Shown: positions 15,683 through 24,781, counted from the first letter of the stretch. The stretch: DNA of 29,644 nt from a virus (IMGVR_UViG_3300008255_000359:1-29644); one strand, 5' to 3'. The notes: generated by a model from the sequence alone, not told the origin. Program-made: numbers and translations.

Positions 15683-17326
15683 TTATCTCCTTTTGGTGTA
15701 AGCTGTGCGCCGCTTACCAAGCGATTCATAGGTTTGTTTTCCTGTTGAAAACCGTTTTCTAAGCCGATTAATTAGGGCTTCTAGTGCATCGGGGCCATCG
15801 ACATAATCACCGTCTGGGAAATCTAATGCCTGCCCAATAACTGTGTCCATATCCTTCGTTCTTTGTTCTGCCCACAGTATTCTGCCTGTGTTCCAAGTCC
15901 CTTCCATGCTTTCGATTCGGGCAAATTTCTCTCCAGGATTCGAGTCAGGCCACACTGGTAATCGGTAACCGTGTCTTAATTCTGCCTCAAATAAATCGTT
16001 TTCAAAACGTTCATCTTGGGCAAATGTACCTTCGTATTGTCCGTCTCTTAAACCTGCCTCGTTCCAGCGTTCAAAGGCTTCGTACCAACGGTCAATAACA
16101 TCGACTGCGCTCGTGCCTTGTTTACAATAGGCTTCAACCATGTAAAAATATTTGCCATCATAGCAGCCAATTATCCAAGACTTGTATGCCGAATGTGTTG
16201 ATCGACCCCAAGCCATATCGAGCCAAGTGAACCATACTGCCGACTCTGGGAGATTGGTATAATTACCGATCTGATCTGAAGAAAAGATTTTGCCAGGCTT
16301 TTTAGGAACTCCATTAAATTCACCTTGATACCTGTAACCGAGTGTTGCTTCTGTATTCTTGTACCAACTTTCAGGAAAGCGTTCTGGCCACAAATAATGA
16401 ACGTGTCCAGATTCGCCTGTACGATCTGCTCGATAGTGTAAGGGGAAAATCTTAACATCTTTGTTCTCGATGTCTTCGTGTCGTCCATTACCGTAATTAC
16501 AGAGCAATGCGAATTGACCAGGGACACTACCATTTTTGGCGAACTTCTTAAACTTCTCTTGGTTATTATCGAAGCACTCCAGCATGGCTTGGTACATGGC
16601 AGAAGTTTCACGGCCAATATTCCCTAGCCACAATACAGGACCTGTTACAGCTCCGAATAATTCTTGAAGTACCCAAGTCCACTTCTCGGCTCCAGTACTT
16701 GCATTTTTGGCGCTTCGGGTATTTTCTAAATCGTCTATTGTTGCACCCTGCGGTCTAAGGTTCATGAAAAGTTTACCTTTGACCTGAGTTTCGTAACTGA
16801 CAGCTTCAAGCAAAACCGTGTGTATTTTGCCAGTTGATTTATTTAAAACTCTAAAGCGAAGCTTACCCTTTTGTTCGTTGCGCTGTTGAACCGTGATGTC
16901 GTAATCGCTCGTGATATAGCGATTGTCGACCATTTCGATAAATAGATAATCAATATGATCCCAAGAAAGTGATAATTTTTCAGAGCCAAATAGCCAATAT
17001 TTAACTTGACCGTTCAAGATGTTTTTGAGCAGTTTAATTCTTGCTCGTGCAGATTTTGCGTGTTCGCGTGGACCATGCAAGACAAACACAACTTTTTCTG
17101 GATAGTCGAGAGCTGCATCAATATCGACATGAAAAGAAGGAGTTGGCGAATCGAAATAATGAGGCATGTAGAGTTTACCCCAAGCATCGGTATCGTGCAG
17201 GGTTTCTCTGTATCGCTTTTTTATTCCTTCAGGTGAAACATCTTTAAAGGGTGCGGTCTCTCGACTTAGACGATCTTGAAGTTCGAGAAGTTGTTTAGAA
17301 AGTAAGAGATCTGTTTTTTTGCTCAT
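15683..17326 (-). CDS. terL: Terminase large subunit
   Basis: YMPHYF, GPREHAKS (Walker A variant), RPQGATIDDLE (Walker B), LWPERF, WLDMA, KFARIE, DGPDALE nuclease motif. Confidence 0.92.
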   Translation of the reverse strand: MSKKTDLLLSKQLLELQDRLSRETAPFKDVSPEGIKKRYRETLHDTDAWGKLYMPHYFDSPTPSFHVDIDAALDYPEKVVFVLHGPREHAKSARARIKLLKNILNGQVKYWLFGSEKLSLSWDHIDYLFIEMVDNRYITSDYDITVQQRNEQKGKLRFRVLNKSTGKIHTVLLEAVSYETQVKGKLFMNLRPQGATIDDLENTRSAKNASTGAEKWTWVLQELFGAVTGPVLWLGNIGRETSAMYQAMLECFDNNQEKFKKFAKNGSVPGQFALLCNYGNGRHEDIENKDVKIFPLHYRADRTGESGHVHYLWPERFPESWYKNTEATLGYRYQGEFNGVPKKPGKIFSSDQIGNYTNLPESAVWFTWLDMAWGRSTHSAYKSWIIGCYDGKYFYMVEAYCKQGTSAVDVIDRWYEAFERWNEAGLRDGQYEGTFAQDERFENDLFEAELRHGYRLPVWPDSNPGEKFARIESMEGTWNTGRILWAEQRTKDMDTVIGQALDFPDGDYVDGPDALEALINRLRKRFSTGKQTYESLGKRRTAYTKRR

Positions 17327-17332
17327 CTCATC

Positions 17333-17788
17333 TTAGCCTTTCATGTGACGGCTTGCAATGCTCGATGCAAACTCAACAGCAAACTCACTTACTTCAGAAA
17401 GTAAATGAGGTGCTTTTTCTCGCAAAAAGTCCATGAACAAGCTGGTCGCTTCGATTGCGTTCGATGCGAATGCAGCTTCAGCGTTCGTTGTTTCGATTAG
17501 CTTTCTAAGTTTGGCAATCGTGTCCACTTCGCCAGGCGTTAAAATTCTAGCCTCCTCATTTACTCGCATAAGTATCATTGCAATTTGCTCAATCGCATGA
17601 ACTTCAATCTGCATAGAGTTTGCGTTTTTGAGGTCGATCATGGAATCCCAGTTGTCTTCTTGCGACCATTTCCTCAGTGTGTTTACATGAACTTTTAGCG
17701 TCTTGGCAATGTCTTCAAAAGACATGTTTTTGAACACGTATAAATTTTTCGCCTGCGCTTTGAATTTTTTGTCATATATTTTGGGCAT
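17333..17788 (-). CDS. Terminase small subunit-like HTH protein (DUF1804-like)
   Basis: AKNLYV...IAKTLKVHVNTLRKWSQEDNW; upstream of terL; ATG at 17788 after AGGTG preferred over 17836. Confidence 0.75.
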   Translation of the reverse strand: MPKIYDKKFKAQAKNLYVFKNMSFEDIAKTLKVHVNTLRKWSQEDNWDSMIDLKNANSMQIEVHAIEQIAMILMRVNEEARILTPGEVDTIAKLRKLIETTNAEAAFASNAIEATSLFMDFLREKAPHLLSEVSEFAVEFASSIASRHMKG

Positions 17789-17912
17789 GGTCGCACCTAA
17801 TTTTGGTTTGTATTGATCGTGGGTTAAAATTCGCACAAAATCGCTTTAATTAATCGCTAAATGGGGTATTTAGGAATTAACTCATAGTTAGGTTTAGCAA
17901 ATTAGGGGTGTT
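17789..17912. promoter_or_regulatory. Divergent late promoter region
   Basis: 124-bp gap between the two divergent structural operons; AATCGCT occurs twice; no clear -35 consensus. Confidence 0.55.
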
Positions 17913-18356
17913 ATGAGTTATACAAGTACATCAAATCTTACTACTCGCTACGGCACTTCACGAATCGCAGAACTTACTGGCGACTCGACAGGCACGACCG
18001 TAAATACAACTGTTGTTGAGTCTGCAATAAATGGTTTTGCTGGCTTGATGGATGCAGCTTTGAGAAAGTGGTATGACTTAACTGAACTTGATAGCACCAA
18101 TGATTTTTTAAATGACCTAAACACTCACGGCGCTTATTTGCAATTAATGAAATGGCGCGAGCTTGGATTTGATGAAGAGCGCAGAAAAGAGTGGGACGGC
18201 CTAATGAAACAAATAGAGTTTATAGCGTCGAATAAGATTGACGTGTTACCAAAAACGGGAGCCGAGGAGCAAGAGCGTGTTGAGGGACTGTTCAGAGCGA
18301 ACCCCCGCCGCTTCTCCCGATCTATTGTTGAGCTGGAGGATGACGCATGTCTCTAA
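17913..18356 (+). CDS. Mu gp36 (DUF1320)-like head-tail adaptor
   Basis: MSYTSTSNLTTRYG...ELT...VESAI...MDAALRKWYDL...RRFSR. Confidence 0.8.
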   Translation: MSYTSTSNLTTRYGTSRIAELTGDSTGTTVNTTVVESAINGFAGLMDAALRKWYDLTELDSTNDFLNDLNTHGAYLQLMKWRELGFDEERRKEWDGLMKQIEFIASNKIDVLPKTGAEEQERVEGLFRANPRRFSRSIVELEDDACL

Positions 18357-18784
18357 AAGCGATTCAAACACAGGTTATCGCTGTATTGGCAGCTGCTAAA
18401 ATTGCAACTCCTGCCAATGCGCCAATTGTGATTAAAGAATATGCTGGCCAGCTTCGTAACCCTAAAGGTTTAGTGAAGTTTATGCCGTCTTTATACGTAT
18501 CTGTAATTGATGCTGAAGTAAGCTCAGATGATGTTTTAGGACGTGGCGCAGCTTTAAATGACGTCTTAGTTGACTTTGTATTGTTTTCAAAAAATGATGC
18601 TGGAGCTGGAGCAAATGCAAGCTCTATTCTCGATTTAATCGATTGGACAACAGAAGCTCTTAAAGGGAAAACGATAACAATCAATGGCTGCATCTGGCCA
18701 ATTTCTTCCAATTTAAAAATAGCAAGTGAGCAGGATTTTGACCCTGCGGTTGCTATTGTAACATCTAGAATTAAGGCGATCTAA
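18347..18784 (+). CDS. Mu gp37 (DUF1834)-like tail completion protein
   Basis: IKEYAGQL...PSLYV...LDLIDWTTEALKG; follows gp36. Confidence 0.7.
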   Translation: MSLKAIQTQVIAVLAAAKIATPANAPIVIKEYAGQLRNPKGLVKFMPSLYVSVIDAEVSSDDVLGRGAALNDVLVDFVLFSKNDAGAGANASSILDLIDWTTEALKGKTITINGCIWPISSNLKIASEQDFDPAVAIVTSRIKAI

Positions 18785-19887
18785 TGAGTTTTTTAACGTT
18801 AAAAGCTGAGAATAATAAAAACGTGCTATCGATTGAGGGACCAATTGAGTCTTGGACTGGCGTGTCTGAGTATGTTCGTTGGATTCTTAATGATATGATT
18901 GAGGGTGCGCCTGTTGAGATTCGTATCAATTCTGAAGGTGGTGACCCAGTTACAGCTTTTCAAATTTACACTTTGCTTAAAAAGCACACTGGCAAAGTGA
19001 CTTGTTACATCGAGTCTCTTTGTGCCTCTTCAGCTACGATTATAATGTGCGCTTGTGATGTTGTTATTGCTAATGAGTTCAGTTGGATAATGACTCATTC
19101 GCCTCTTGTTAATCCTGGTTATTCAACACCAGAAGATTTAGATCAAGCAAAAAATATTGTTGAATCAACTATTGCACGATTCAAAAAAGTGTATGCGGAC
19201 AAGCTCAAAAAAACAGTTGAGGAAGTCGCTTATTTGGTTGACAAGGAAAACTGGATGAGTGCTGATCAAGCTCTCGCTATCGGTTTTGTTGATGACATAG
19301 AACAGTTTACACAGGTTGCGAATTACAAGCCTGACAGAATGAAATTAGCTGCTCAATACAAGAGTTTGCCTAATGCCCTTAAACCCGAAACCCAAAACAA
19401 ACCTCAAAAAGCAATGAGTGATTTCACTAAGAAACTCAAAGCCATGATCGGTCTCGGCGAAACAGCCGATGATATAGATGCGGCTATGAGTATTAAGGAT
19501 TTGCAAGCGAAAGCTGGACAAGTTACTGCTTTGCAGACCAAGGTTAATGATTTAACTGCGCAGTTGAAAACTGCTCAGGATGAATTAGAAGCCTTAAAAG
19601 CGGACGCAACAGAGCGTCAAGAATCTGAAGCTCAAGCTTTAGCTACTCAAGTAGCTTCTGCTGTTGATGCTGCGGTTGTAGCTGGTAAAGTGAAAGCTGA
19701 TCAGTCTGCAACATTGAAAACAAAATATGCCGCTGATTTAGCTGGCTTGAACGATATGCTTGCCATGATTCCTGATCAAAAACCAGGTTTTTCAGGTAAG
19801 AAACCTGTACAAAAAGCGTCTGGAACACCAAGCCGCTATAACATTCACCCTGCTATTGCAGCTAAATTAGGAGGAGCAGAAGCGTAA
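18784..19887 (+). CDS. ClpP-type prohead protease fused to a scaffold domain
   Basis: IRINSEGGD, LCASSATII, IMTHSP, ENWMSADQALAIGFVD; C-terminal Ala-rich coiled coil. Confidence 0.9.
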   Translation: MSFLTLKAENNKNVLSIEGPIESWTGVSEYVRWILNDMIEGAPVEIRINSEGGDPVTAFQIYTLLKKHTGKVTCYIESLCASSATIIMCACDVVIANEFSWIMTHSPLVNPGYSTPEDLDQAKNIVESTIARFKKVYADKLKKTVEEVAYLVDKENWMSADQALAIGFVDDIEQFTQVANYKPDRMKLAAQYKSLPNALKPETQNKPQKAMSDFTKKLKAMIGLGETADDIDAAMSIKDLQAKAGQVTALQTKVNDLTAQLKTAQDELEALKADATERQESEAQALATQVASAVDAAVVAGKVKADQSATLKTKYAADLAGLNDMLAMIPDQKPGFSGKKPVQKASGTPSRYNIHPAIAAKLGGAEA

Positions 19888-20849
19888 TGGATATTCTGCA
19901 ATTAACCGCTATTGCCAAAGCGCCGACTACTGATCGTGCGCGAAATTTTATTCAAAATGTGTATCAAGAATCTGAGTTGCTCAGAGCCTTGAACAATTTT
20001 GATCTAGGAGCTACTGACGGTATGTATAGACCAGCCGCTGGAGGTCAAACTGTAGCAGCTCGTGCAATTAATGCCGCTTTCACTTCTCAGGATATGACAA
20101 GACCTGCTCTCGTAAGTGCAGCGTTAAGTATTCATGGTTTTGATTTAAAACATGACACCTCTTTCGAGCGTGACTACAACTTAGGTGTTGGTGTTGCAAT
20201 TGACACATGGTTAGACAGTGAGTTACAGACTCGCGCTATTGAAACCGCTGATGCAATTGATGCTTACATCGTTGCAGGTTCAGGTTCATCTAACGTGATG
20301 AAAGGTTTAAAAACCTTATTGGATGGTTCTACAGACCTTCCTGGTCTTGGAATTACAGGTGTAATTAATGCGAAGTTTACAGGTGATTCATTTGATCTTA
20401 CAACTTCTGCAAACTATGACAAGTTCATGGAGTCTTTCGAGAAATGGAAAGCTGAAATTAAGGGAGCTGATGGCGTTATCGTAAATCGCTCACTTGCTGC
20501 ACGTTTAACTACGATTGCAAAAATTAAGCACAGCTATTCTCAAATGATCAATGAGTTTGGAAAACAAGTTGAGTTTATTGATGGCGTTCGCATTATCCGT
20601 GTTGATGACACTGTGATTACGAATACTGAGCCAAACGATAACGGCACTCCAGTAAATGACACGACTTCGATGTACATCTTCAGAAATGCTGTTGGACATT
20701 GGACTGTGAAGTCTAACTCAGGTCTAGCGACTTGGGAAAAAGGCGAAATTGAAGACGAGCCTGCAAGCTTGTTCCGCTTTGAGATGACAGGCTTTAACGA
20801 GGTCCGTCATAAATATGCGATTCGTCGTGTAAGAAACATCAAAGTTTAA
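19887..20849 (+). CDS. Major capsid protein
   Basis: 320 aa directly after the protease/scaffold; RAINAAF, MKGLKTL, DGVRII, TTSMYIFR, AIRRVRNIK resemble HK97-fold capsids. Confidence 0.78.
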   Translation: MDILQLTAIAKAPTTDRARNFIQNVYQESELLRALNNFDLGATDGMYRPAAGGQTVAARAINAAFTSQDMTRPALVSAALSIHGFDLKHDTSFERDYNLGVGVAIDTWLDSELQTRAIETADAIDAYIVAGSGSSNVMKGLKTLLDGSTDLPGLGITGVINAKFTGDSFDLTTSANYDKFMESFEKWKAEIKGADGVIVNRSLAARLTTIAKIKHSYSQMINEFGKQVEFIDGVRIIRVDDTVITNTEPNDNGTPVNDTTSMYIFRNAVGHWTVKSNSGLATWEKGEIEDEPASLFRFEMTGFNEVRHKYAIRRVRNIKV

Positions 20850-20863
20850 TCCTTACTACTACG

Positions 20864-21166
20864 ATGAGCAGTAACAAAAGCCAAGATAAACAAACCCCTG
20901 AGTTGACCGCTCAGGGAGTTTCTTCTGAGTTGAGTGCTTCAGCGGTAACGATTAAAGAATGTGTTGAAGACCTCCAAGCTTTCGTGAACGAACGTAAGTC
21001 ATTTAGAGGTCAGTCACAGCCAGCTGCTGTTGAAGCAAAGTTTGAACTCGCAGTAAATGCCCTGGGCAAAGTTGCTGTTGAGCTCGACAAATTGAACGAG
21101 CGTGTAGCTTCACTTGAAGCAGAAAACGCTGCATTGAAACAAGAACTTGCTGCTGTAAAGCAGTAG
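20864..21166 (+). CDS. Coiled-coil protein following the capsid gene
   Basis: LNERVASLEAENAALKQEL heptads. Confidence 0.7.
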   Translation: MSSNKSQDKQTPELTAQGVSSELSASAVTIKECVEDLQAFVNERKSFRGQSQPAAVEAKFELAVNALGKVAVELDKLNERVASLEAENAALKQELAAVKQ

Positions 21167-21172
21167 CATAAA

Positions 21173-21202
21173 GCTGAGCTGGTTTGTTCATTCCAGCTTG
21201 GC
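21173..21202 (+). other. Intergenic hairpin without a U tract
   Basis: GCTGAGCTGG / CCAGCTTGGC. Confidence 0.5.
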
Positions 21203-21217
21203 ACAAATTACATAATC

Positions 21218-21466
21218 ATGAGCATTGAATTAATTTCCGCAGTCGTTGCCTTTCTAAGTTTAGCACTCGCTTTTGCGGTATACGTTGCAAAAACAAGTTA
21301 TCGCTTAGGACAAGTGGATGAAAAAGTGAATCACTTACAAGAAGACGTTTTAGACTTGTATAAAAAGCAAGATGACAACGAACGCAAGTATGTGACTAAC
21401 GAAGTTTTCATTCGCGTTGAAGCTGAACTGAAGGAAATTAAACTGCTCATTCAATCAAAATTGTAA
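21218..21466 (+). CDS. Single-TM coiled-coil protein, holin or lysis-accessory candidate
   Basis: N-terminal ISAVVAFLSLALAFAVYVA then coiled coil; directly upstream of the lysin. Confidence 0.55.
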   Translation: MSIELISAVVAFLSLALAFAVYVAKTSYRLGQVDEKVNHLQEDVLDLYKKQDDNERKYVTNEVFIRVEAELKEIKLLIQSKL

Positions 21467-21472
21467 AACACT

Positions 21473-22216
21473 ATGACAAGTAAAGTTTTCACTCTTTTTT
21501 TGATGCTTTTTGCCATTGTTGCAACAGCAATCACGTTCAACTTCGCGGTTGAATACAGTGCTTTTGCCGCAGGATTATTAAAAGCCTCTCTGGTGGTAAG
21601 CCTTTTTGTGTTATTCGATAAGTTTGTGCTGAAAGGCATTAATACTATTGATGAGCTCAAAAAGGGTAATATTGCCTATGCGATTTTACTACTCGCCATT
21701 GCACTTCTATTCTCGGTTAGTTTAGCCACTGCTGAATCACAACCAACCCATATAACTATCGCTGAATCATACATTGGAACAACCGAAAACTCTAATATGA
21801 ATGACGGTGCTAAGGTGATGACATTTCAGCATTTTGTTGGATTAGAGCAGGGTCAACCCTATTGTGCAGCCTTTGTTTCTTATGTATTGGACTCGGCAAA
21901 AGTCGAAAGTCCAAGTGTAAGAAGTGGTTTAGCGCAACATTTTATCCGATCTAATTCTATTTCTGCTAAGCAGGTTTTAAGAGGAGCTTATACACCTGAA
22001 GCTGGAATGATTATAGTCTGGAAGCGAGGAAATGGACCATTTGGCCATGCTGGTTTTTTGGTAGCTATGCAAGAAAAGAAATCACTGTTGACGATTGAGG
22101 CTAATGTGTGGAATAACAAGCGCAGCCGACAAGGAATTTGGTATAAGACGCGAACAATTATGCCTGGTAACTATTTCAGAATAACTCATTTTACTCCTGT
22201 TAATTATGCCAGTTGA
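21473..22216 (+). CDS. CHAP-domain endolysin fused to a 3-TM N-terminal domain
   Basis: IAESYIG, PYCAAFVSYV (Cys), GHAGF (His), TIEAN; N-terminal helices including ELKKGNIAYAILL. Confidence 0.82.
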   Translation: MTSKVFTLFLMLFAIVATAITFNFAVEYSAFAAGLLKASLVVSLFVLFDKFVLKGINTIDELKKGNIAYAILLLAIALLFSVSLATAESQPTHITIAESYIGTTENSNMNDGAKVMTFQHFVGLEQGQPYCAAFVSYVLDSAKVESPSVRSGLAQHFIRSNSISAKQVLRGAYTPEAGMIIVWKRGNGPFGHAGFLVAMQEKKSLLTIEANVWNNKRSRQGIWYKTRTIMPGNYFRITHFTPVNYAS

Positions 22217-22508
22217 AGAAGTTGTTATCCCTGAACTGTACGAAGACATTGTTATTGGCGACAGGTATAAATTACTTGAGCCAGAGTGGACAGAAACAAT
22301 AGGACAAGGTGCTAGACCAGCAGGATTCACGTATAACGACGTGACTATCCCTTGGAATTCTCCTTGTGTCGCTTCAGTAGAATGTGCATGGCCTGGTGAA
22401 GTTATTGACGGAACTTGGCATATAAGAGCAGAACTCGTTTATGAAATGAGATCTCAAATTGGCAACGATGGATTGCCGATCAAACAATTCAGAAAACTTC
22501 CATCTTAA
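22206..22508 (+). CDS. Hypothetical protein
   Basis: Overlaps the lysin end; operon orientation. Confidence 0.65.
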   Translation: MPVEEVVIPELYEDIVIGDRYKLLEPEWTETIGQGARPAGFTYNDVTIPWNSPCVASVECAWPGEVIDGTWHIRAELVYEMRSQIGNDGLPIKQFRKLPS

Positions 22509-22526
22509 AATTTAGGAAAGAATAAG

Positions 22527-22904
22527 ATGTCTAAGATTATAACCAAAGTCGAATATGATGCAGCTGGAAACAGTTTTGCAGCTGCTGTTGATCTCGGAGA
22601 GATTAAGAACAATTCGGCACATGAGCCAAGTACTTTCGAGGATGAGCAAAACACTCGTGCGGAGGTACAGTGGGCTGGCGAAATGAATCAATACTCTGTG
22701 CAGTGTTTTGATTTAACCAAAAGAGCAGCTTTACGCGCTCTATTTGTTGCAGGGACTCGCATTGACGTGAGAATAACCTTCTCTGATGGAACTACGGAGA
22801 GTGTACTTTCTGTGTTGCCCTATGTTGGTCAAGTTGTTAATTCATTTACAGCTGGACAAAAAGCAACGTGGCTATTTCGCTTTAAAAAGTTCACTAGCTC
22901 CTAG
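22527..22904 (+). CDS. Putative major tail tube protein
   Basis: 125 aa, beta-rich, ...VDLGEI..., AGGA RBS, followed by a strong terminator; upstream of chaperone and tape measure. Confidence 0.55.
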   Translation: MSKIITKVEYDAAGNSFAAAVDLGEIKNNSAHEPSTFEDEQNTRAEVQWAGEMNQYSVQCFDLTKRAALRALFVAGTRIDVRITFSDGTTESVLSVLPYVGQVVNSFTAGQKATWLFRFKKFTSS

Positions 22905-22964
22905 TCATTAAACCCCAAGAAAGGTAACAACTGTGTGCGCTTAGGTTGTTACTATATGAGTTGC

Positions 22965-23004
22965 GAAAGGCAGGGTTTGCGCAAACTTTGCCTTTCTTTT
23001 TTTT
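22965..23004 (+). terminator. Strong rho-independent terminator
   Basis: GAAAGGCAGGGTTTGC / GCAAACTTTGCCTTTC followed by 8 T. Confidence 0.85.
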
Positions 23005-23019
23005 GGTGAATGGTTTTAT

Positions 23020-23036
23020 TCGGGTTCGATTCCCGA
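23020..23036 (+). other. Isolated tRNA T-arm-like hairpin
   Basis: TCGGG-TTCGATT-CCCGA: 5-bp stem with a canonical 7-nt T loop; no D or anticodon arm. Confidence 0.6.
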
Positions 23037-23073
23037 CACTGAGCAACATATAAACCTTTTAATTTTTCGCATT

Positions 23074-23937
23074 ATGTCACACTTAAATGGAATTCATACA
23101 CTAAGTTTCTACAATCCTTTGAACGGTACAACGGTTCAGGTTAATAATATTAAGAATAACCAGGGCGAGTTGGTTGTTGCTAGACCTTACGAGGATGAGT
23201 TAAATCCTAGAGGTGAAGTGCAATATGCAGGTGATGAGAATATTATTGAAGTTGCGATTTACAGCCAAACGGCCATAGATCAATTAATAGCATGGGCTAA
23301 AGCTGGTGTTGGTGTCCGTGTTGTTGGTGCTGGTGACGGTCCTAATCTGCAATGGTACGAGACGACTAAACTAGTTGTGAGACAAGTTAATTCTTTCGTT
23401 GCTGGTACTAAGAAATTTGCTATTGTGCGAATGGTTAAAAGTGGCGCAGGCTTGCAGATCTTTAATAATGTGAATTTGCTTGGGTATTTGGGCTGGGCGG
23501 ATGTGGATTTAAACGGTCTCGCAGATGGCTATAGTTCCAGATTAGAAGGAGGCGCTGCTGCCTCAACAGCTTTTGCTACAAATATTCAAGATTTTAATGT
23601 AACAACCGCTGGATCAAACACGGCTATTAGAAGAGTATTAAACTTCCCAATTGCGGGAATCCCATTTACAATGTCGTACAATAGGGTTAATACAGCATCA
23701 GCACTTGAGAGAATAGATGCATCTAATTTTGCAGGAACTTCTTTGTTGGCACAATCTGAAATCGCTTCAACAACAACTGGTATTAAAACATCTACATTAG
23801 TATCTCCAGCATCATCTTACTCTCTTACATTAGACTTTTTAAGAAGTTTTAGCACCGCGGGCCTTCGACAAATGTCATTCCCAGCGTTAACCACCAACGG
23901 CCAACTTACTCCTGGCACATCATTCATGAACTACTAA
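23074..23937 (+). CDS. Paralogue of the putative tail tube with an extra C-terminal beta-rich domain
   Basis: IKNN...EDELNPRGEVQYAGDEN and VNSFVAGTK align with IKNN...EDEQNTRAEVQWAGEMN and VNSFTAGQK of 22527..22904. Confidence 0.65.
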   Translation: MSHLNGIHTLSFYNPLNGTTVQVNNIKNNQGELVVARPYEDELNPRGEVQYAGDENIIEVAIYSQTAIDQLIAWAKAGVGVRVVGAGDGPNLQWYETTKLVVRQVNSFVAGTKKFAIVRMVKSGAGLQIFNNVNLLGYLGWADVDLNGLADGYSSRLEGGAAASTAFATNIQDFNVTTAGSNTAIRRVLNFPIAGIPFTMSYNRVNTASALERIDASNFAGTSLLAQSEIASTTTGIKTSTLVSPASSYSLTLDFLRSFSTAGLRQMSFPALTTNGQLTPGTSFMNY

Positions 23938-23938
23938 C

Positions 23939-24442
23939 ATGGCAACACTTGCAGGTCGTCATTATATTGATAACGCAGCTATTCGCACGAATACAACTGG
24001 AGACCCAGGCGTTACAGATTATTACGAGTTCAAACTCGACAAACTCGGTGTAGAGTTACAGGTAGAGGGTGAAATCTATAAGCTTTCAAGCTCGAAAATG
24101 AAACAATATATAGACGACACTTACCTGCTATTCAACTTTGATCAGGCCAGTTGGGACAAGTCGGGTGCTAGTGATGTAATCGATGAATGGCTAACACCTC
24201 AAAATGCAAGCTTAGCTAATTTCATAGCAAAAGCTGTTACAACACCTAACTCGCAATATTGGATTTTAACCGACACTAGTGAGCTATCAGACTCGCTAGT
24301 CAAGGTTATCCCTGTTCTCGTGAATAGAAATCACACCTTAATCAAAACGGTACAAGGAAGAATTAAGCGAGGTTATAAGCTCGCATTTATGTCAGAATTG
24401 CCAGCAACTGCTGCACAAATTCGCTTTTACTCATCACGTTAA
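23939..24442 (+). CDS. Hypothetical tail-module protein
   Basis: 167-aa ORF tightly packed in the tail cluster. Confidence 0.65.
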   Translation: MATLAGRHYIDNAAIRTNTTGDPGVTDYYEFKLDKLGVELQVEGEIYKLSSSKMKQYIDDTYLLFNFDQASWDKSGASDVIDEWLTPQNASLANFIAKAVTTPNSQYWILTDTSELSDSLVKVIPVLVNRNHTLIKTVQGRIKRGYKLAFMSELPATAAQIRFYSSR

Positions 24443-24454
24443 ACCTTTACAAAA

Positions 24455-24781
24455 ATGAACATCAATACACTTTACTCCCCAATCCATAACGACAAAGAAG
24501 CTGAGTTTTTACTCGCTCCCAAAACGCTCAACAATTATAAAAAACTCATGCACGTCATGATTAACTCATCAAATGTTAGTGCTTCTCAAAAAGAAGCTTA
24601 TAAAAAACAGATGGGTTGGAAAGATGACAAAGTCAGTGATCAATACAACTTAGAAGAGCATTATTATGAGTGCGCTAAAGTCGTTTTTCAAGGCTTTGAA
24701 AAACATGTGACTGGCAAAGATGAGTTAGATTTATCCATGTCTCAAATAGAGAAAGGCACGGCCGATTTTTTGTTGCAATAA
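24455..24781 (+). CDS. Tail assembly chaperone (lambda G-like)
   Basis: Two ORFs upstream of the tape measure; ends ADFLLQ over the slippery T TTT TTG. Confidence 0.72.
   Translation: MNINTLYSPIHNDKEAEFLLAPKTLNNYKKLMHVMINSSNVSASQKEAYKKQMGWKDDKVSDQYNLEEHYYECAKVVFQGFEKHVTGKDELDLSMSQIEKGTADFLLQ

Noticed and set aside
23005-23045. tRNA gene or integration att site
   Set aside because: Only a T arm is present, with no D or anticodon arm and no CCA; no integrase in the element.
22902-23074. Stop read-through fusing the two tail paralogues
   Set aside because: The frame after the TAG stops at 23007-23009, and the second gene is in another frame beyond a terminator.
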